Of a stretch of 64,000 nt of DNA, positions 58,229 to 64,000 are shown piece after piece. The stretch lies in IMG/VR virus record IMGVR_UViG_3300025632_000002; one strand, given 5' to 3'. The notes beneath the pieces are model-generated. The model was not told where the DNA came from and searched no databases. It saw only the letters and a list, made by a program, of their open reading frames with translations. The translations under genes and the position numbers were made by a program. Positions within the stretch are counted from its first letter, which is position 1; each line of letters begins with the position of its first letter. The stretch comes from an uncultured virus (IMG/VR IMGVR_UViG_3300025632_000002) (lineage: Duplodnaviria; Heunggongvirae; Uroviricota; Caudoviricetes; Crassvirales).

Positions 58229-58436
58229 AGCCCTCTAGTTCGTTTAATCGGTATTCCTGCAAGCGAGATACCTTCCCTTTCGGGCGTTTAACTTCCGAGA
58301 ATAAAACGTCAGCCCCTGGCTTCAAGGCCAGTATATCGGGGATGCCGTTCTTGTTGGTCTTCATAAGCTTCAGGACGTAGTACCCCTCAGCCTCCAGCTC
58401 CTTGATTCGATTGGATTGGATTTGTTGTTCAGTCAT
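58197..58436 (-). CDS. VRR-NUC-like nuclease, putative Holliday junction resolvase
   Basis: EQQIQ...GIPDIL...FSEVKRPKG..S.LQ motif. Confidence 0.85.
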   Translation of the reverse strand: MTEQQIQSNRIKELEAEGYYVLKLMKTNKNGIPDILALKPGADVLFSEVKRPKGKVSRLQEYRLNELEGYGFKTEVYRG

Positions 58437-58438
58437 AT

Positions 58439-59671
58439 TTACAAACTTAATAAATCCCTTTTGAAGTGCTTGAGCGTGTAGTCTTTCTTACGCGCCACAG
58501 CTTGGTAGATATCCTTCTCGATACCGCCCTCGGAGAACACCCAGTAGACATCGTTCTTGAGCCTGTCCTTAGTGGTCATCCTATCCCTTGACTGCCAGTA
58601 ACTTGTCGCACTGAAGTCGATGTTGTAGTAGACCAAGGCGTCAGCCTTCCTTAGCGATATCCCCTCGCGACCGCTCACTATCTGAAGGGCTATGTTCTTG
58701 TCCGTCTCGTTGAACTCGTCGAGCTCCGTAGTAAGGTCATCCCCGAACACCTTCTTCAAAGCGTTGAGCTCTTCCTTGAACTTATAGAAGATACCTACCT
58801 TCTGCTTCTTGAATCGCTCGCGTATAAACTCCGCCTTGCTGTAGTCCAATACCATCGAAGCGCCGCTCTCGAACTTGACCGTTCCCGAGCATAGTTGGTG
58901 TACCTTCTGCATCAGCTTGACCGCTGTATCCGCCAGTATCACCTCCTCCTTACCCTCGACCACCTTGTCGCGCTTGAGCCGCCGCACCAGATTTTGTGTC
59001 GAGTCCGACATTTTTACGTGCAGCACGTGCTCCTTGGTGTCCACCACGAACCCCGCTTCCTTCTGCGTATACATCAGGGTGTACGGCTTGACCGCGTCTA
59101 TGATGGTCTCTTTGCCTCCCGAGTAGTCATTGACCATATGTAGCCCGCGCCTCTGCTGTCGTACGTTGACGAACTCGTTGGCGAACTTATAGAAGTTCGA
59201 GTAGTAGGAGAATGGATTCCCTGGTATCCCATAGACCTGGTGGTACATAGCTGAGTAAGACTCAGGCGTTGGCGTACCTGACATAAGTATGACATACGGC
59301 CCGTACTTCGCCAGCAACGACCTTACTTGCTTGGACCGCTTGCTCGGCTTCGGGAACGCACCCATCGTGTGCGCTTCGTCACATATCACCACGTCCCAAT
59401 CCCGCGCTGGTATCTTGTGGATACTCTCGTAGTTGATGACGTGGATGAAGTAGTCAGCTCCAAGCATAGCGTTGTCCGCTTCGATACTCGAGATAGCTTT
59501 CTTCTTAGTGAGGAACAATACGTTGCGGGCACCTAACTCTTCGGCAACGGACAGGCTTGTCAATGTCTTACCTGTGCGTACCTCCATCGCTAAGTAACAC
59601 CACCCCGAGTCACGCATCTTAGCAACCGCTTTGTCGCGTATCTCTATTTGGTAGTCGCGGAGCTGTATCAT
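58439..59671 (-). CDS. SNF2/DEAH-type SF2 helicase
   Basis: LRDYQ, RTGKT, CDEAH, SGTP, GREGISL and QSRDR motifs. Confidence 0.9.
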   Translation of the reverse strand: MIQLRDYQIEIRDKAVAKMRDSGWCYLAMEVRTGKTLTSLSVAEELGARNVLFLTKKKAISSIEADNAMLGADYFIHVINYESIHKIPARDWDVVICDEAHTMGAFPKPSKRSKQVRSLLAKYGPYVILMSGTPTPESYSAMYHQVYGIPGNPFSYYSNFYKFANEFVNVRQQRRGLHMVNDYSGGKETIIDAVKPYTLMYTQKEAGFVVDTKEHVLHVKMSDSTQNLVRRLKRDKVVEGKEEVILADTAVKLMQKVHQLCSGTVKFESGASMVLDYSKAEFIRERFKKQKVGIFYKFKEELNALKKVFGDDLTTELDEFNETDKNIALQIVSGREGISLRKADALVYYNIDFSATSYWQSRDRMTTKDRLKNDVYWVFSEGGIEKDIYQAVARKKDYTLKHFKRDLLSL

Positions 59672-62106
59672 ATGTCCAGCTTAGTATTGACCTCCAGCTC
59701 GTGCGAGAACCGCATACGCATCCAGTTGCCGCTGGAGTCCCGCCCCTCCTCTGGTTTTACACCCGTTTTGTAATCGCTGTATTTGTTCAGCCACCTGTAG
59801 AATTTAATCCTTGACAGAGACTCTCGAGATTTAGGCCCGTAATCGGGGTAGTCCCTTATAAACTCCTCGTACAAGAAGTTTTTGTATACCTTGACCCCTA
59901 CCTCGAGGTATTGGTTGCGCTCGCTATTCTCTACAAGCCCGCACCACTCAAGGAACTCGTGAGAAGTTTCAGTCCCTAGCCGATTTTTTTTGTTGTTTAC
60001 CATAGGGCCTACCACCAATCCTTTATTGATGTACATCTGTAAGCAGGAGACCATATAGTTATCAAACTGACACCACTCGTCGTCGTCCCAGTCGCTGAAC
60101 ATAAGCTTCTTAAACTCGTCCTGTGGGGTAAATGTCTTCGTATAAAACTGATGTAGCTCGAGCTCCCACTTCCTGCGTTCGAAACTGTTGCCGCTACCCT
60201 TGATAGCATAGTTGGTGGTGATAGCCACCTTTGGGCTTTTATCGAACGGTATTTTGATGGCGTCCTTGTTCTTCTTCTCGAGGGTCAATCCCTCCGTCAC
60301 CACTGAGAACAAACGCTCGAACTCGAAATGTTTCCTTACATCATCGAAGCAAAGTATCTGCGTATCTGCCGACACCAGCTGGTAGGCAAAAGAACGCTCG
60401 AAAGCGAAGCTCTTGCCGTCAATTACGACCATCTTCTTCATCTGCGAAAGAGCATTCATAAAGATACCCTTCCCCGTTCCTCCCTCTGGATTGTCGCTTA
60501 TAACCTCGTCATTGAGTATTACTGCGGGGCAGTAGCTGAGGTTCTTGTAGCCGTGCATCATATAACCTATTGTGCTCTCCATCGAGGTAATTCGAGCTTG
60601 GTCCCCGTTGCATATATTGGATATAAATACCGTGTAGTCGCATCCTTTTATTTCGCATACTTCAAAATTCCTGTCTATTACGTGGTCTTTCCATACGTAA
60701 CCATCTAGGTCAAGATAGTCAATTGGTTTGATATCTTTTCCTGAGATACGTACCGCCCGATTGCGGTAGTATAGATACGCGGTGTCCTTGGTGTCCGCGA
60801 TAAAGAGTACTTCGATGGAGCTGAGGAGCGTAAGGAATTCTTCCCTAAAGTATTTCGTGTTCTCCGCGAAGTAATTGTACACCGCCATATCGTCGAGCTC
60901 AAGGAGGTGGTCAAGGATAAAGTCTTTAATCTCTTTCTCGGAAGTGTGGTCGATGAGGTTGTTGGTGACGCGTACGAAGATATAGTTCTTGCTGCCTTCA
61001 GGGCAGTACTTAAAGAACCCGTTTTCCTCCAAGAAATCTTTAAAGAGTATGTGGACTATCTTGATGACGCCCTTCTCGGATTTTTCCCAAAAGGTTTGGC
61101 TTGCCTGTTCTTTTTCTAGCGCATCGATAACGCTATCTATTTCTCCGCCCTCAATCGACAAGTCTTCTAGTTGAGAGCGGATTTCTTTTTTTGACACACC
61201 ACGTCGTAGCTTGTTCTTGACTTGGTTTAACCTGTCTTCATCCTCGTAGCACTTCGTGTTGAAGTTAGCGGTCTGGCTGTACGCTGAAGCTACCGTAGCC
61301 TTTATCTCTTTTTCTTTGAAGTCGTCGCTTTGGTAGCGCGATAAGACGTACTCGGCAAGCGAACGGTTGATACCGAAATCGTTGAACGCTGCGGCCAGTA
61401 TATATGTGTTCTGATTGCGCTGTCCCTCGACCATAGGGTACTTACGCTCCCACCACTTAACCAGACGCTCCACTACTTTATTTTCGTCGGTGATAGGTAT
61501 AGTAGGCGCATCCATATGCCTGTGTACAGGCGTGTACTCTATCTCGTCAACCCTATCCCATACGCTGGCTTTTTCGTTGATATGGATAAGCGGGTCGTGC
61601 GATTCATAACAAACCCTACTTATATTTTTCGAAGTGGTATCGAAATGGGAGTTCTGATAAAATCGCTCAAGCGAGTTAAAGAAATTCTTATGGTTCTCTA
61701 TATCGGATGGGACCTTGACCAATACCTTGAGGCCATTGCCGCTAGGAGATATAAATACCGCATAGCTGTATTTGCTTTCGCTCAGCTTTTTCTTATCGCT
61801 CAATAAGTCCTTCTTCTTTTCGTATCCGTCGAAGTCGAGACAGATGAGTCCGCTGTGTTCTTGTATGGCAGAGTCCAATCGTTTCGTAAACGTACCGCTA
61901 AAGCAAATCGCGGGCAGCTGTTTCTTAAGCTCGTTGCGCTCGGCTTTGCGCTTCTCTGCGCGTACCTTTTTTATGATGTCTTTGGTCGGAGTAGCGACTC
62001 CGTTGCTGTTCGCTCCTTCGCGAATCCTGTCCAATACCACAGTTACATCCCTGTAGAATGGGGTGGATGTATCTTGGATATTGCGAAATATGGTGATTTG
62101 ATGCAT
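59668..62106 (-). CDS. Primase-helicase (BT4734/VirE-N-like primase, PriCT-like, P-loop helicase)
   Basis: K..LP...FSG.F...HSG..CLDFD, FISPSGNGLK, EGQRN, GGTGKG and FDD motifs. Confidence 0.9.
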   Translation of the reverse strand: MHQITIFRNIQDTSTPFYRDVTVVLDRIREGANSNGVATPTKDIIKKVRAEKRKAERNELKKQLPAICFSGTFTKRLDSAIQEHSGLICLDFDGYEKKKDLLSDKKKLSESKYSYAVFISPSGNGLKVLVKVPSDIENHKNFFNSLERFYQNSHFDTTSKNISRVCYESHDPLIHINEKASVWDRVDEIEYTPVHRHMDAPTIPITDENKVVERLVKWWERKYPMVEGQRNQNTYILAAAFNDFGINRSLAEYVLSRYQSDDFKEKEIKATVASAYSQTANFNTKCYEDEDRLNQVKNKLRRGVSKKEIRSQLEDLSIEGGEIDSVIDALEKEQASQTFWEKSEKGVIKIVHILFKDFLEENGFFKYCPEGSKNYIFVRVTNNLIDHTSEKEIKDFILDHLLELDDMAVYNYFAENTKYFREEFLTLLSSIEVLFIADTKDTAYLYYRNRAVRISGKDIKPIDYLDLDGYVWKDHVIDRNFEVCEIKGCDYTVFISNICNGDQARITSMESTIGYMMHGYKNLSYCPAVILNDEVISDNPEGGTGKGIFMNALSQMKKMVVIDGKSFAFERSFAYQLVSADTQILCFDDVRKHFEFERLFSVVTEGLTLEKKNKDAIKIPFDKSPKVAITTNYAIKGSGNSFERRKWELELHQFYTKTFTPQDEFKKLMFSDWDDDEWCQFDNYMVSCLQMYINKGLVVGPMVNNKKNRLGTETSHEFLEWCGLVENSERNQYLEVGVKVYKNFLYEEFIRDYPDYGPKSRESLSRIKFYRWLNKYSDYKTGVKPEEGRDSSGNWMRMRFSHELEVNTKLDI

Positions 62107-62108
62107 AA

Positions 62109-62285
62109 ATGTGTAGGCTTATGTAGACTTGGTGTAGACTTTGTGTAGCCAATTAAAGGCTAACTTATTGATAACCAATACCAGTGTTAAGAATGTTAAC
62201 TTTTACTCTACTCTAGTGAGAAAAAAAATATATATACAGTAGTAATATATATATATATATAAGGGGACGTAAAGTCAACACACAT
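62109..62285. repeat. Origin-like element, copy 2, directly upstream of the primase-helicase
   Basis: Four tandem TGTAG(A/G/C)C units (62112-62149), the shared 17-mer at 62183 and a (TA)n run. Confidence 0.7.
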
Positions 62286-62295
62286 CACTCGATAG

Positions 62296-62328
62296 AAAAG
62301 GGGTTGAGGAACAGACACCCCAACCCCC
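62296..62328 (-). terminator. Probable intrinsic terminator
   Basis: GGGGTTG...CAACCCC stem followed by TTTTCT on the minus strand, after the 62347 gene. Confidence 0.55.
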
Positions 62329-62346
62329 TATCGTTATGGTATCGAA

Positions 62347-62604
62347 TTAGAACGGAGATTCCTCCGCCTCTTCTTTCTTCTTGCCCTTGCTGGGGTCAGG
62401 GACGAAGGTGTCAAGCAAGAGGTTGTACCCCCCTGCTTTACGTGGAGCAAGCGTGAAGCGTACCTCACCGCGTTCGGTCTTGTGTTCTTCTAAGAACTTC
62501 ACGAATTCTTCAACACGTACTACTACGTTACCTGTGACCCAGTCGGGTGCTTCTTTGCGTGGTTCATAGATATTGAACCCTTCAGCATAAATTGTATCTG
62601 ACAT
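62347..62604 (-). CDS. Putative single-stranded DNA-binding protein
   Basis: Small beta protein with acidic-aromatic C-terminus (EEAEESPF), next to the recombination genes. Confidence 0.55.
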   Translation of the reverse strand: MSDTIYAEGFNIYEPRKEAPDWVTGNVVVRVEEFVKFLEEHKTERGEVRFTLAPRKAGGYNLLLDTFVPDPSKGKKKEEAEESPF

Positions 62605-62665
62605 AGATATGATTTTATTCCCCAAATTAATAACCTCACCCCATCGGGGACATAGAGCTCGGCTT

Positions 62666-63424
62666 TTATAGTGTCTCTCTGATGATATACGACTCTAAAT
62701 TGTCAGTGGCATTTTCTCCGAAGAACTGCTCGTATACCTTTAGTGCTCGCTCGACCTTCTCCTCACCACCACGCACGAAGGCTTCGCTAGGCTCATAGAT
62801 ACCTACCTGTGCGCTCTTCTTGTCGATGGCATAGAACACCAATGGCTTACCGAATATATTCTGGTATATATAGCACTGGCTGTCGTAGTTGTATTTCTTC
62901 GCTGAGAAGCGGAACTCCTTGATGTTGCTCGTGGTCTTTAGGTCGATGATGCAATCCTTGGATATGATGTCGGCTTTCCCTTTCCACCATACGCCATTAA
63001 ACTGCTTCACGCCTGGCACCTCGAAGACGTTTTCATTCAAGTAAATCTGCTGGTACAGCTCGAAGTTCGTCATCATAACGTTGACCAAGTAGTCCATCTC
63101 TTGCTTCTCTTTCTCAAGAAGCAAGACCTCTTTGCCGCTGTCTTCAATTGCCCTCTTGTACACGTTAGTATTGCGAGAGTAACTATCTACGAACTGCCAA
63201 TCCTTGACCTTCTCAGGCTCGAGAATCGATTGGTGGAAGTACCTACCCTTGGCGAACGCTTGGTTGTCAGGTCGGCTGATGCGGAACTCACGCGGGTTAC
63301 TCAGCAGAGAGCCTACGTCTGAGTTCGATATGAACTTCTTACCGAAATCGCCATAGTAGTCGTTGTCGTCACGTAGACGTTCAATAGCCTTAGCTACCTG
63401 TTCCTTCGTGAGCTTACTCAGCAT
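62666..63424 (-). CDS. PD-(D/E)xK exonuclease (RecE/DUF3799-like)
   Basis: ISNS, G.YFH..ILEP, KGKAD, IIDLKTT and Y.YDSQ..IY motifs. Confidence 0.85.
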   Translation of the reverse strand: MLSKLTKEQVAKAIERLRDDNDYYGDFGKKFISNSDVGSLLSNPREFRISRPDNQAFAKGRYFHQSILEPEKVKDWQFVDSYSRNTNVYKRAIEDSGKEVLLLEKEKQEMDYLVNVMMTNFELYQQIYLNENVFEVPGVKQFNGVWWKGKADIISKDCIIDLKTTSNIKEFRFSAKKYNYDSQCYIYQNIFGKPLVFYAIDKKSAQVGIYEPSEAFVRGGEEKVERALKVYEQFFGENATDNLESYIIRETL

Positions 63425-63998
63425 CTGCTATGGCCTTCTTAAAAGATTTCTTCACTGAGGCCGTGACCTTGTACTTAGAACCAATCTCTTCGACGAGGGC
63501 TTCTAAACCCTTGGCTTTGTTTTTTACGATATACTTTAGAACCTTGTCCCAGTTCTCATCGTCTACGTCAAGCTTCAAAAGCTTCTTTTCCTTTGGAGCT
63601 TCTTCTTGTGTCGGCTCCGACACACTTTCTTCGCCCGTCCATAAGCTTAATCCCAAACCGTGAAGCGCAATCGCCTTGACTGTAGAGCGCATAATGGTGT
63701 CGTTGATATCGCGAGAAGTGACCTTTTCGATATTGATGGAGTTATTGCGGTTGTCCATCACAGGCAAGTAGTCGATATGTTCGAGACCGTTAACTATCAA
63801 GCCTACCTTTACATAAGCAGTAACGCCATCGGTAAAATAGTTTAGACCCGTGTGCTCGCTTTCGTAAACTATGCGCTGTGCGCTAGGATAATGCGTTTTA
63901 AGGATATGCCACGCGTGTGACCAAGGTAGGTAGTTAAGGTGTCCTTTCTTTTTTACCTTCTCTTTTACGCTTATTGCGCTGAGAGTTTTGTATGAATT
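63414..63998 (-). CDS. Single-strand annealing protein (Sak3/DUF1071-like), 5'-truncated by window edge
   Basis: Frame stays open to the window end: YKTLSAISV..KV.KKGHLNYLPWSHAW...LPVMD.RN...R..VKAIALHGLGL. Confidence 0.85.
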   Translation of the reverse strand, partial: NSYKTLSAISVKEKVKKKGHLNYLPWSHAWHILKTHYPSAQRIVYESEHTGLNYFTDGVTAYVKVGLIVNGLEHIDYLPVMDNRNNSINIEKVTSRDINDTIMRSTVKAIALHGLGLSLWTGEESVSEPTQEEAPKEKKLLKLDVDDENWDKVLKYIVKNKAKGLEALVEEIGSKYKVTASVKKSFKKAIADAE

Positions 63999-64000
63999 GT

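Larger units (their letters stand above)
276..63623. repeat. Dispersed 16-bp palindrome GTGTCGRNNYCGACAC, 14 copies
   Basis: Starts at 276, 1969, 3527, 4301, 4736, 5482, 6331, 31782, 49125, 49500, 52774, 56852, 58996 (one mismatch) and 63608. Confidence 0.95.

Noticed and set aside
1..64000. Prophage or temperate lifestyle; stop-codon reassignment
   Set aside because: No integrase, repressor pair or host flanks seen; long genes are intact in the standard code and all three stop codons end genes

Overview
Most of the genome of a tailed dsDNA phage, probably a podovirus, infecting a Bacteroidota host. The host call rests on recurrent TAnnTTTG -7 promoter boxes, A-rich start contexts, and a BT4734/VirE-N-type primase. 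Layout: (1) 1-6.1 kb, small early genes on the minus strand; (2) about 6.1-7.2 kb, a mostly non-coding divergence region that may hold the genome end; (3) 7.2-56.5 kb on the plus strand: M43 metalloprotease, GroEL/GroES, small Lys/Arg-rich proteins, modular tail fibres, lysis genes, terminase, portal, capsid, tail and three putative ejected proteins including a 3510-aa polyvalent protein; (4) 56.5-64 kb, replication/recombination genes on the minus strand. Main unexplained signals: three anticodon-less tRNA-like elements, each exactly 6 nt after the stop codon of three consecutive early genes; 14 copies of the palindrome GTGTCGRNNYCGACAC, some at gene junctions and some inside codons; a duplicated origin-like element at 7.06 kb and 62.18 kb; a small gene nested out of frame in the giant gene; and extra chaperone-like folds (a tandem GroES-like protein and a GrpE-head-like domain). 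All family assignments come from motif recognition by eye; no database search was run.
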